A stretch of DNA of 63,524 nucleotides, filler included, from Octopus bimaculoides (taxonomy: Eukaryota): the NCBI RefSeq assembly GCF_001194135.2. It is 8 parts of 6 records of this genome, joined end to end, with 100 filler letters (N's around TTAATTAATTAA, not from the genome) between each part and the next. Parts side by side here need not be neighbours in the genome. Positions count along the whole stretch, not along the records: positions 50,575 to 61,117 come from NC_068986.1; positions 61,218 to 63,524 come from NC_068986.1; 6 more parts are not named here. One strand, written 5' to 3'. This document shows positions 51,912-63,524 of the stretch, one piece after another. The notes under the pieces were generated by a model. It made no database searches and was not told where the DNA came from. It was given only the letters and a program-made list of their open reading frames with translations. Position 1 is the first letter of the stretch. The number at the start of each line of letters is the position of its first letter. Both the position numbers and the translations under genes were made by a program.

Positions 51912-54280
51912 GAGACATACCTCGACTTAAGTCGTTCTCGATTATATGTCGATTTTCAAAAATAATACATGGAAAAATAAAAATCAAGTCAAGTCATTTT
52001 ACTCGACTTTGCGTGTTTCCGCCACAAATAGTGGAATCGTAAAATCACTAGAAAACCGTTAAAAGCACATAAAATCATGTTACTGTACAATAAATAAGAA
52101 TAAAAGCATATGAAATCATATCAAAATGCGTACAGTAAATGCTAAGACACACACCATTAAGTAGTGTAGCTTAGTGAATGGAATAATGAAATCAGCTGTG
52201 TTGTCTTATTTATCGGTCTTTCAGAACTCATATTGCACTATAGTTCCAATATCTACCGTTAAAAGTCGTTGTCACTCGTGATTGTTGCGATTGTTTTGAA
52301 TTCAGATTTGTTTACATCTGTTTATCGGCTACATTCTCATTCTCATTCATTTGTGACTTTATTTTTTGATCCCCCCCCCCCCCCCCGGCTCCTAAGAAAA
52401 TTCATAGAGAAAATTTAAGAGAAACTGTTTAAGAAAGAAAGCATAACGCTGGAAGATAAACTGGCTGTGATAAAACGCTTTGAAAAACGTGAAAAAGTGG
52501 TAGCAATTGCACGATCTTTGGGGATGCGTCGAACAACTGTATCGACGATTGAACATAATAAGGACAAGATTTTAGTACATATCAAATCTGAAGCCTCAGG
52601 GATGAAGAATACTGTCATCAATAAGAAAAGAGGCAACATCTTTGAAAAAATGGAAAGTCTTCTTTCTCTTAGGATTGTTAGGTTGAATCGTCAGCGTGCT
52701 ACTATTGGTCAAAAAATCATTCAAGAGAAAGTGTTGTCTTTGTTTGAGGACTTGAAGAAAAAATATCCAGATGAGAAAGATGTAGAGTTTAAGGCAAGTC
52801 AAGGGTAGTTCATGAGATTTAAGTTATTGCTCCGTTCAGAAGCAAGGTGGAAGTGCATCAGTTGACGAACAAGCAGCAGCGGAATTTCCTAATGCGTTAA
52901 AGAAAATCATTGAAAATGGGTTTCTTCCTGAACAGATTTTTAACATAGACGAAACTGGATTGTATTAGAAAAAATTGCCAGACCTTTCATTCATTTCCAA
53001 GGAGGAGAAAACTATTCCAGGCTGCAAGGTCTCAAAAGAACGTGTGACCATTATGTTGGGAGGTAATTATGCAAGAAATTTTAAGTTAAAGCCATTGCTT
53101 GTGTATCATGCACACAACCACCATGCCCTGAAGAACATACCCAAGGCATCTCTCCCTGTTATATGGACGGCTAAGTCAAAAGCATGGGTTGCTGTTGTTG
53201 TTTTTGAAGATTGGTTATTCGACCATTTTATCCCAGCAGCAGAGAAGTACTGTAAGGAGNNNNNNNNNNNNNNNNNNNNNNNNNNNNNNNNNNNNNNNNN
53301 NNNNNNNNNNNNNNNNNNNNNNNNNNNNNNNNNNNNNNNNNNNNNNNNNNNNNNNNNNNNNNNNNNNNNNNNNNNNNNNNNNNNNNNNNNNNNNNNNNNN
53401 NNNNNNNNNNNNNNNNNNNNNNNNNNNNNNNNNNNNNNNNNNNNNNNNNNNNNNNNNNNNNNNNNNNNNNNNNNNNNNNNNNNNNNNNNNNNNNNNNNNN
53501 NNNNNNNNNNNNNNNNNNNNNNNNNNNNNNNNNNNNNNNNNNNNNNNNNNNNNNNNNNNNNNNNNNNNNNNNNNNNNNNNNNNNNNNNNNNNNNNNNNNN
53601 NNNNNNNNNNNNNNNNNNNNNNNNNNNNNNNNNNNNNNNNNNNNNNNNNNNNNNNNNNNNNNNNNNNNNNNNNNNNNNNNNNNNNNNNNNNNNNNNNNNN
53701 NNNNNNNNNNNNNNNNNNNNNNNNNNNNNNNNNNNNNNNNNNNNNNNNNNNNNNNNNNNNNNNNNNNNNNNNNNNNNNNNNNNNNNNNNNNNNNNNNNNN
53801 NNNNNNNNNNNNNNNNNNNNNNNNNNNNNNNNNNNNNNNNNNNNNNNNNNNNNNNNNNNNNNNNNNNNNNNNNNNNNNNNNNNNNNNNNNNNNNNNNNNN
53901 NNNNNNNNNNNNNNNNNNNNNNNNNNNNNNNNNNNNNNNNNNTATTGCAAAATAATAATTACTGAATTTGTTTTTAAGCTTTAAAACGGTTTTTATTTTA
54001 CCGTATCTTATTGCAAACTGCATTCATAAATAAAGCATCCGCAATGTACGGTAAACACCGCCAAATTGTATTCGTAAATTTAGATTACTTTTTTTTTACT
54101 GTACTGTATTAAAAAATGAAATTTATTTGTTTGTAAGCTTAAAATGTACTATTGAAAATGCATTCATAAATAAAGTACACAACTGGGAATGGTTATTATC
54201 GGTTTAGCCTAGAAACAAGTTAATTCAACTGAAGTTGTGTCTCCTGGAACCATTTAACGACGTAGGATGAGGTATGCCTG
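51912..54280 (+). mobile_element. Tigger (pogo) DNA transposon with a disrupted transposase, partly in a gap
   Basis: TA|GAGACATACCTCGACTTAAGTCG ... CGACGTAGGATGAGGTATGCCTG|TA. HTH/CENP-B-like region (SITLEDKLAVIKRFE, FKASQG*F.RFK) and DDE region (FNIDETGLY, SKERVTIMLGGN, KLKPLLVY, WTAKSKAWV). Confidence 0.92.
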
Positions 54281-54358
54281 TATTTCAGTTCAGCTGTTTG
54301 TTTATATCTGCTTTTTCTTGCTGTCAATGTATCTCTACTCTGACAATACAAACGCTCT

Positions 54359-54407
<49 letters not shown>

Positions 54408-55136
54408 AATATAACTGTCTCCTCTGTCCATCTCTCTCTCTCTGCCTTTCTTTAATCTCAGGATCGGAACATCACCCTCTGCTAAATATTGTATCCTAAA
54501 CAACTCTTTCTCTTTACCTTTCCCTTCATATAACTTTTTAACCACCTAATAACTATTCCTTCCTCAGCCTACTGCATGTCGTTCTTTTTTTTTTTTTAAT
54601 ACTGAAAAGAATGAATAAATTCATTGATATATATTTTTATGTATTGATGAGCTGTTATATTGGATGACCCCTTGAGAGATATTTTTATCACTTTCCATGA
54701 CTTGTCCAATCTTTCGATGTTAAAAATTATTTGACACCATGTGCGTCCAGTCATTTGAACACAAACAAAAGTGTAGCATCTGTACAGTTTTTCTGTAAAA
54801 CAAATTTCCGACTTCAGTGTACTTTTACCAATATTAGTTACTGGAGATTGATACCAACTGCTAATATTGATAATTCACATCGTTTTTCTGAATCATGAAA
54901 CAGGCCTCTTTAAGAATAGACTTATTCATTACTTTCCAGTTGTAAGTGTATCTCAGTGTTTTAATTCTTTACACCTGTTATTTAGGAATTTTAAATTTTA
55001 CTATCAGAAGTAAGTACTTTTCTTTGCTATTTTTTTTTCACTATATGTAAATGTACAGTGTACTAGCTGTTTCTCAGTAATATTTCGGTATATATTTTTA
55101 TGTATCATTTAAAATTGTCGTTAACTATTTTATGTA

Positions 55137-55592
55137 GGGGAGAGGTACCTATATTGGGCCAATGCCAATATTGGGACACCTGCCTTTTTTTTTTACAGGG
55201 ATGAAAGTTTGGAAAAAGCACATATTAGGGAAGGGTGATCACCATGACGGCAGATTAATCATCTGCAGCAGTCATTTTAGAGGTGAGAGAAATATATTTG
55301 CATTTTTTACTTTAGTATCAAGATCATATAACTTTTCACAGGCATGCCATAAGCTTTTGCATGCAGACAACTATGCATGGACAAGAAATTGATACAAAGG
55401 TTATTGTAATCAATTTCGCATATTTTCTACAACTTTTGACATGTGATTTTTCCCGCCGTTCCTTAGTGTTATCTTTTTCCTTGAGTCCCTACTGTGCCTA
55501 TATTGGGGCACTTGGCTGCACCTATATTGGGTCTAGTGTTCCAAGTTAGGTACAGTGTCTCAATATGGGAACATTTTCCAATAGTCTTATTT

Positions 55593-55631
<39 letters not shown>

Positions 55632-58121
55632 CAAATATTAGTTTATACATAATAAACATTGAAATTTCTACACAAAATTAGTTATCACAGAAAGTCAGGC
55701 ATAGGTTTTACTTCATTTAATATTGTGTTTCAGCTCACAATGGAGCACCAAAAATATGACCAATAGCGACAAGAACACATGCAAGAGCCAGTGAAAGGTG
55801 TCAAGGAGGTTCACACGTCTTTGGGACATACTGTTAACCATTTTCCAGTTCCAAGAACAACATTACAACAGCATGTTCAGAACTCAAACAAGTATGCTGT
55901 TGGAGGAAAGAAACATTTTGTTCACCAATAGTCTTGTCTCAACAAGAAGAGGATTTGTTGCATCACATTCTTTTACTGGAAGAAATGCTCCTTGGTTTGT
56001 CCAAAACTACTGTGCAGGAACTGACATTTCAAATTACTTTGAAAAACAAGCGCGGAACTTTTACGCAAGTTCAATGGAGAACAGCAATGGGTACGCCAGA
56101 AATGGTTTTCAAACTTTCTTGCCAGAATTTCTCAACTTCAAGACGTGAAAGGTGGAAAAAGACTTCGGATAAACCAAAGTCTACCACAGCCAAGCAAAAA
56201 TGAAGTGGACAATTGGTTTTGTTTCATCTGAGGTGAAGACAATCAAAAAAGTATGATGTTAGCTGCAGTCAATGGGTGCACAACAACTGTGCAAATCAAA
56301 CAAGCTGTGGAGATATGTGCGTGAAATGTATTTGTAAATACCTGTTGTTTTAACCTGAAACTTAGTTATAAGACAATATTTTTAATTAGGACTTAATGTT
56401 CAAAGTTAACATTCACATTTGTTAATATATCTATCAGTCTATAATTAATAGATGGTTTTCATTTTCTGCTTGCTGAGATTTGTAACAAGACTCGGAAAGT
56501 CATCATCATCGTCGTCGTCGTCGTCGTCGTCGTTTAACATCCGCCTTCAGTGCTCTCACCTCACTGACAGCACCACTGTACATCCCTTGGACAGCTCTAA
56601 CAAGCCACTTCTCTACTCCTAACTTCCTTAGAGACCATCATATAACAGAGCAAGGAACTCTGTCGAAAGATTTCTCCAGGTCGATGAAGGCTAAGTACAA
56701 TGGCTTACTTTTAGCCAAATACTTTTCCTTCAGCTGTCTCACTAGGAAGATGGAACCTGTGGTACTCTTCCCAGGTACAAATCCAAACTGCATCTCATCT
56801 AGTTTAATTCTATTTCTAATCAATTGAGCTATAATCCCCTCAGCAACTTTCGTGACTTGGCCTAGAAATTTAATACCTCTGTAGGTGTTTCTATCTAAGG
56901 CACCACCTTTACCTTTATAGCAGCTAACTATACTACTACTACGCCAATCATTGAGGATGGTGCTTTCTGAATAACCTGATTAACTATACGGATGACTAAG
57001 CTGTATTCTACACCACCGGAAATTTTAATCATTTCAGCAGTGATTCCTGATGTCCCAGGGGCTTTCCCTGTCTTCATATCCTTAATTGCCTTATCTATTA
57101 TGCTGCTATGCTATCAACTGTTATGGCTGTTCCCTCAATTGGTTCGATATTTGGTAAACTCTCCTTCTATTCATTTTCCACATTTAGTAACCTTTTATAC
57201 TGACACTGCCATGCATCTTTCTTCTCTGAGTTACTAAGTGCAAGCATACCATTATCCATTCGAACACATTTCTCACCTACTACATCTCTATCCTCTCTGA
57301 AACACTGTTTTGCGATCCTGAACACCCCACGCCTCTGAACCTCATGCTGTAGAACATTTGCAAATCTCTTACCTTCAGCTACTCCTTTTGCTATCTATAC
57401 CTGACGCCTTGCTGCCCTTTTGGTTACCTGATATAATTCTCTGCTTTCACCATTTTTCCAATCTTGCCAGGCCTGTCTTTTTGCTTTTATAACGCTGTCG
57501 ACCGCCTTGCTCCACCACCATGTCACCCTTGGTCTAGCTGGGACTCTGAACCAACCACAGATTTTATCCGTAACCCTCAGTAGGTTGTCCTACAGGAACT
57601 TCCAATTGTCCTCTAAGCTATATGTCCCCAATTCTCTCTCTCTTTTGTCAGAAGTTTCCATTAGTAAATCTCTAAATTTTTGTCTGATTGTTGGGTCTTT
57701 GAGCTTCCATAGTCTTCTTTTCCAGATTGGTTTATTTCTCCGAGTCTTTCTGAAGTTACTAACTAGTAACCTATGTTGGGTTGTACACTTTTCACATGGG
57801 AAAGACTTAGCATTTTTAAGCATCCATCTATCTAGTTGCCTCGTGAGCTTATGTGCTCGCAAGCCTGATAAATGACTAGGTGGCTGGCTGGATTTTTGAA
57901 GTAAGTGTTGCAGATCATGAGATCATTTGCATCACAGAACTCCAGCAAAGTCTCTGTCATTTGTCGTTGAGGTGGTCTGCAAAAGGACCTCATAGAATTG
58001 GTCGTTCTGCTCATCAGTCAGCCGAGACTGAAGAGATAAATGTAACTTAATTTATCTATGATAAGTCTCATTTTACTTACCCTATCATATACTCTAACTA
58101 CCTCAATTAGATACTCTCCCT
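55137..58121 (+). mobile_element. Second pogo-like DNA transposon (HTH plus C-terminal Cys/His finger, DDE deleted) hosting an RTE insertion
   Basis: Left end TA|GGGGAGAGGTACCTATATTGGG with repeated CCTATATTGGG. The right end at 58101-58121 is its degenerate inverse. Remnant EEDLLHHILLLEEMLLGLSKTTVQELTFQI...KN and a C-terminal WVHNNCA...MCVKC. Confidence 0.65.
56500..58035 (-). mobile_element. RTE-clade LINE fragment (AP endonuclease C-terminus, linker and N-terminal RT), internally deleted
   Basis: LLEFCDANDLMICNTYFK, TQHRLLV, WKLKD and QFGFVPGKSTTGSIFLVRQLKEKY...LAFIDLEKSFDRVP...WWSLRKLGV, ending at a GCGGATGTTAAA(CGA)n(TGA)n tail. Confidence 0.88.
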
Positions 58122-58139
58122 CAGCCAATTGTGACCAGA

Positions 58140-58620
58140 TGAAGTAGCTGGTTGGATCCCTGAAATTACTACGCCAAGAATCTTGCAGAAGTTACAAAAA
58201 TTGTAGAGAGCTTTGAGAACGAAGGCATTTTAGTGCAGAAGGTGAAAGAAGTTGTGCAAAATCCTGAGATCAGGATTAATCTCATCTAAATCTATTCAAA
58301 CTATCTGCAGTTGAAAGAATTGATTTTGAAAACTGTGTCAACAGCCTTCACCATCTACAATGCTTACAAAAGTCTCAAAGAATTGAAATTCATTGAAGAC
58401 CCGTGTTCATCATGAATTACACTGGTTTTAGATTCAATAAAAGCCAAATCAATTTGTTGTTCCACCTGCGGAATATGCAGATCTGATATAAAGCCAAGTG
58501 ACATTAGCTGCTGTAGAATGTAATTATTCGATGCTGAAAAAAATCCTTGCAAAAGACAGGAATTTTTTCCCTACAAATATAAAATATTATATCATATTGT
58601 ACTGTAGCAAAACCAATTTC
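58140..58620 (+). mobile_element. hAT-like (CGGBP1-related) transposase C-terminal remnant
   Basis: SWLD..NYYAKNLAEVTKIVESFENEG...TLAAVECNYSMLKKILAKDRNF...IKYYIILYC resembles the hAT dimerisation-region pattern TS..VERSFS..K.IL...R.F. Stops are present. Confidence 0.55.
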
Positions 58621-58835
58621 TGTTATGGAATATTGAAGTCGACAAGCCTTTTATAGGCTGTACACGTTAATTTGTAATGATTGGTTGTCTGATCTATCAT
58701 TTGACTGGAACATTGGTTGAGTCCTGTACTTTGATTGGTCATGTATTGCGCGGGATTGGATTCTCGATCCAATCACGTTGTGCGTAATACATTCTAAAAT
58801 AACTGAATCTAAGTTGGAGCCTACCTCTGCATATA

Positions 58836-60335
58836 CACTGAACCGCAAAAGAAACGCGATTTTTTCAAATGTCATTTTTATATGGTAAATTCGGAAAATT
58901 TATTTCGGGAAGTAAGTGTAAATGTCCCAAGAGATGCTGGTTTATGGCTGAGACCCAAATTGCAGGTAACCTTTCAACTTTCTTTGAAATGAGACACCAA
59001 AACGCAGCTGCGTTGAGTGCCATGGGTGGTAGTCGCAAACAATTGTCATGAAAACCGAAATACACGTGCATTTCGTGGAGGTTATTGGTATAAAAATCAA
59101 CTTGAACCGCGTTCCTGGCATTCGTATTTGGATGCATCAGGTATGACCCAGTTGTCAGCAGCGCAGAGAGAACAAGCTATCGGCTGATTGCAAGCAGGGC
59201 AGCGTGCCCTGGTTGTTCCGAAAGCTACACTGTCCATGTCAGCACCATCTATCACTTGCAACAGCGATACAACAATACCAACAGCATTGCTGGCTGTGCC
59301 CGCAGAGCGATCTCCCAAGTGACAACGCCCAGGCAGGACCGCTTCACCCACCAGCAACACCTCCGTGATCGCATCAGACCGGCCAGCGTGACAACTCGCG
59401 AGACCATTGGCACTGGACAGCGACCCATCAGCGACGACACGGTACGACATCGACTAGCCACCAACAAGCTGCGTTGCCGTCGTCTTGCTGGAGGGCCTGT
59501 CCTCACCACCTGCCACCGTCAGGCACGACTACAGTGGGCTACACAGCACCGACTTTGGCGATATCAACAATGGAGGTCGATAGTCTTCTCTGACGAGAGC
59601 CGGCATTGCATTTCCACCTCGGATGGCAGAGTGGGGTGTGGTGTGGGGAGGAGTGAATGCTACAGAGACGCATGTGTCATGGAGACAGATGCGTGGGGTG
59701 GTTAAAGCATCATGGTTTGGGGTGCTATAGGTCTGAATCAGAGAATTGGGCCCTATGTGTTCCAAAATGTTGGTGCATGTAGAGGGAATGGCATCACAGC
59801 GCAGCGCTACGTTGACCAGATCCTAAGACTTCACATCGTGCCTTTCTTCGCGCGTCACCATAGCCATGTGTTCCAGCAGGACAATGCTCCCTTCCACACG
59901 GCCAGGGTCACTATGGACTTCCTGCGTCAGCACAACATCATGCCGTGGCTAGCTTTCAGCCTGGATTTGAACACCTGTGAGATGAAATCCTGAGATGGCT
60001 GAACCAGGTGGTCCCAAGGCCGACAACTCGTGTGGAACTGGAGGCAACTTTCCTCAGGGAGTGGGCATAACTGCCAATGCTTTTGTGAACCGCCTCATGC
60101 GCTCCATGTATCGTATGGCCGTTTTGAACACCCAAGGAGGGCATGCACGGTATTGAATATGTCACGCCCTACAATCTCCATATGCTGGTTCCACCCACTA
60201 CCAGAACACATGACAACGACCCATAATGCATCCAAGAATTGACTTTATCAGATTTATCAAAATTTATCTCTGACATAATGAAATTAAAACATATCTCACA
60301 GTCACACACGTCTCGTGTTTCTTTTGCGGTTCAGT
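58836..60335 (+). mobile_element. Full-length Tc1 (DD34E-type) element with a disrupted transposase starting at ATG 59143
   Basis: TA|CACTGAACCGCAAAAGAAACGC ... GTGTTTCTTTTGCGGTTCAGT|TA. Motifs QVTTPRQDR, IVFSDESR, SIMVWGAI, FQQDNAPFHTAR and DLNTCE. Stops and frameshifts are present. Confidence 0.92.
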
Positions 60336-60771
60336 TAACAAAACATCTATGACAGAGGGGTGAAAGATTTTCATGAAGGCAAGTCATGTTATTTTCCTGC
60401 CGTTATAACAAAGCACATTTAACCAATGACAGCTATAGCTGAGTTATTCAAATGATGGATGAACTATACAGCCACCAGAATCTGTGTTGCGTTTATTATA
60501 TCCGCTGTATTATTTAGCAAAGAAACAAAGTCTCGCTGTTATTTTAAAATTTACTTCTCCCCAAGTGAACGCACAACACATGTTATATAATGGTATACAA
60601 GATTCTATAGCAAAACCAATGGAGACTTTATAAACATCAAGGAATTCAATCTAGTTTTGATTAACTTTATGATATACAAGTATTATCAAAACAATTTCAA
60701 AAAATCATAGCTATTGTGGAAATTTATCATAGTACTTTAGCTGCAATCTAGTTTTGATTAACTTTATAATA

Positions 60772-60850
60772 TACTAGCAGAAATACCCGGCTTTGCCCGG
60801 GTTAAAGAGAATAATGAAATCTAAAAACGCCGTCTAGACTATGCAACCCT
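60772..60850 (+). mobile_element. Possible Helitron/Helentron-type terminus
   Basis: TACTAGCAG followed by the GC hairpin ACCCGG-CTTTGC-CCGGGT. Confidence 0.45.
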
Positions 60851-61871
60851 CAACTGTTAGTAGCTACGATACCATATTTCTACATTAATAACTCTCCAAT
60901 CCATGCCAGCATGGAACATAGACATTAAGTGAAATGCCAGTCTCTCATCTAGGAGGGCCTTGAAATCAATGTTACCAACTGGGGACTATGTGTGTCGCAG
61001 TAATAATAAAATGACCCAAAGGAGGTCTGCAACGAAATAATTTTACTCAACACTTTGCAAGTGAATCAGTGGAGGCAAAGATGCGTCTCATTTACTTGAC
61101 AATTTATGCACCACATTNNNNNNNNNNNNNNNNNNNNNNNNNNNNNNNNNNNNNNNNNNNNTTAATTAATTAANNNNNNNNNNNNNNNNNNNNNNNNNNN
61201 NNNNNNNNNNNNNNNNNTATATATATATATATATATATTCTCTTCTTTTGCCACTATGGATAGCAAAATTTCTGTAGTGAACACAGTTGAATGTACAGAT
61301 TCTACCAACTGGAAGGATGTGATTGCAAACCAGCAGGTAGACAGCTTGAGAACATTGGTCATTTCTTTTTTAACCTATGGCAATGGAGATATTTGGCAGT
61401 ATCTTAAGTGACTGAGCAACTGTTTACAGATGATCTTGAATTGGTGGTACAAAGCTTGCCAAATTCTGGATCAGACTTGCAGCCTTATGTCTAATGTATG
61501 TCCTCTCTTTCTGCGGTTCCATAGTAACATCCAAGAAATTTACTACTTTCCAAAAGTAGTTATACTTTGACATGCTGTGTTGTGTATTTGTTCCTTTTTA
61601 GATGTCATATTTATTATTGATCTAATATAATAATGAAGCTGTATCCCTTAATTTGCTGCTTTTGAATACAAGTACTGAGAAGAAATCTTGCGGAACGGAC
61701 ATTATTTTAATGAGATACATCTTGTAATCACATGTAGAGACACATATACACTGACAGATACGCTTAAGCCAGATGTTCAGTATCCCACCTGTGAGGGATT
61801 AATGCTAGATAGATCAAATAAGTTGTAGGGAACATTAAACTTTCTCATATCTTCCATCTTCTGTCTCATTA

Positions 61872-61914
<43 letters not shown>

Positions 61915-63189
61915 AAACAGTATGTTGGAGAATTCTTACATATTTATCCAACATGTACAACTTTGTGATTTCTATCAGCAAATGAAATATGTGTAATGGT
62001 GAATAAATAATACCAACAAATTTTCCAACTTATTGTTTTGCTATATAATAACTCTGCAAACAATATTTCCAAAATTTTCAACTGTAATATGAACCTCACA
62101 TCCCTACAACAACTACACCCTGAAATAGGCAGATATGCTTCAAGAAGACACAGTTTGGATTTTACCCTATCTATAACACACACGCACGCACGCACGCACA
62201 CACGCAGTTCAAGTCAATTTGTGACGGAATAAGACCACATCCTAAACTCAGTAAGTCCATGCAAATGTTCTGATAGTTCAAGAAGTTCCTCTGCAGGAAT
62301 TTGTTTTGAGTGGATAAAGAGTCCACTTACACAAAATATGTTCAATACTCTCTGAAACTGTCAAAGACATGCTTCAGTTTTTTATAAAATTGAATAAAGT
62401 AAATGAAATAATAATAAATACACACATACTTGTACATGATTAACAAATTGAATAACAACAACTGTTTGGTGCATGACATTTGGCTCACTCTGTATATCAG
62501 AGACAGATGAAAGTCATCTCAGCAATGACTAATGAAAATGCTAGATGTATTTCAGCTTCATTGAGCCTATTCATATAAGATGTTATCTCCAGACAAATAA
62601 GGCAGTAAATTTGCCTTCCAATGATATATTTACATTAAGTATGATACAAAGATATATGATGGCTATTTTAATTTAATACTGCTTCTATTGCATACAATAG
62701 ATTTTTTGCAACCAGGTGGCTGTTCACTATACCAGTGAATGATTTTTCAATTTTTCTATAAACTGGAGATGGCAACTCTTGCCTATGCATGTTGCTGGCT
62801 GTGAGTATACACCATTCATAATGTCCAACACGGCTGAAATGCATTTAATGTTTTTGCTAGCTGCTGCTGGGATAATTTTTGTCTCCTTCTAACATAAATT
62901 GTGGTTTTAAACATAGTATGTCCATTATCATTAGATAAATATCACAGTTAATTTGCCTTCCAGCAATGTATTTACATTAAGTACTATACACAGATAGCTG
63001 TTTTATTTTAAAACTGCTTTTATGGCATATAACAAATATATACATATATACATATATATGTATGTGTATATACATATATGAATGTATATATATGTATGTA
63101 TGCATATATGTATGCATGTATGTTTGTTTTATGTATATGTGTGTGTGTATATATGTATATGTGTGTGTATATATTATATTTGTATAAAT

Positions 63190-63524
63190 ATCATCATCAT
63201 CATCATCATCATCGTTTAACGTCCGCTTTCCATGCTAGCATGGGTTGGACGATTTGACTGAGGACTGGTGCAACCGGATGGCTACACCAGGCTCCAATCT
63301 AATTTGGCAGAGTTTCTACAGCTGGATGCCCTTCCTAACGCCAACCACTCAGAGAGTGTAGTGGGTGCCTTTACGTGTCACCCGCACGAAAACGGCCACG
63401 CTCGAAATGGTGTCTTTTATATGCCACCCGCACAAGAGCCAGTCCAGGGGCACTGGCAACAATCTCGCTCGAAAACCCTACAAGGCCAGTCAGGCGGTAC
63501 TGGCAACGGTCACGCTCAGGATGG
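63190..63524 (-). mobile_element. Young family E SINE continuing past the window end
   Basis: (CAT)n CGTTTAACGTCCGCTTTCCATGCTAGCATGGG...CTGGATGCCCTTCCTAACGCCAACCAC with CpGs retained. Confidence 0.85.

Noticed and set aside
61256-61336. MDSKISVVNTVECTDSTNWKDVIANQQ ending at GTAGAC
   Set aside because: The donor is weak, the protein is unrecognised and there is no promoter context next to the gap.

Overview
Eukaryotic, AT-rich and microsatellite-saturated genomic DNA with about 8 kb of N gaps. The SINE families and repeat landscape look like an octopus (coleoid cephalopod); this is recognition, not a database result. Most ORFs in the supplied track are artefacts of microsatellites or N runs. 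The only host coding sequence I can support is one 134-nt + strand exon (29972-30105) encoding the core of a MIA/otoraplin/TANGO1-type SH3-like domain. The rest is a transposon graveyard: DD41D (rosa/VS) mariner, cecropia-like DD34D mariner, Tc1, Tigger, a second pogo-like element with a nested RTE LINE, Chapaev3-like and hAT-like remnants, a Gypsy 3' end with LTR, a solo LTR and several tRNA-derived SINE families. The most interesting signal is a set of short repeats carrying type I hammerhead-ribozyme geometry. Two adjacent, different hammerheads on the minus strand (29254-29358 and 28919-29007) have large AT-rich stem II insertions and predicted cleavage sites 334 nt apart, a retrozyme/Penelope-like arrangement about 600 nt upstream of the MIA-domain exon. 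There is also an inverted copy, a fold-back derivative and a tRNA-headed SINE with a hammerhead-like 3' part. CpG content switches sharply in blocks, suggesting a methylated gene body at about 26-44 kb. Seven 100-nt gaps contain an artificial TTAATTAATTAA linker, so contig order across them is not guaranteed.
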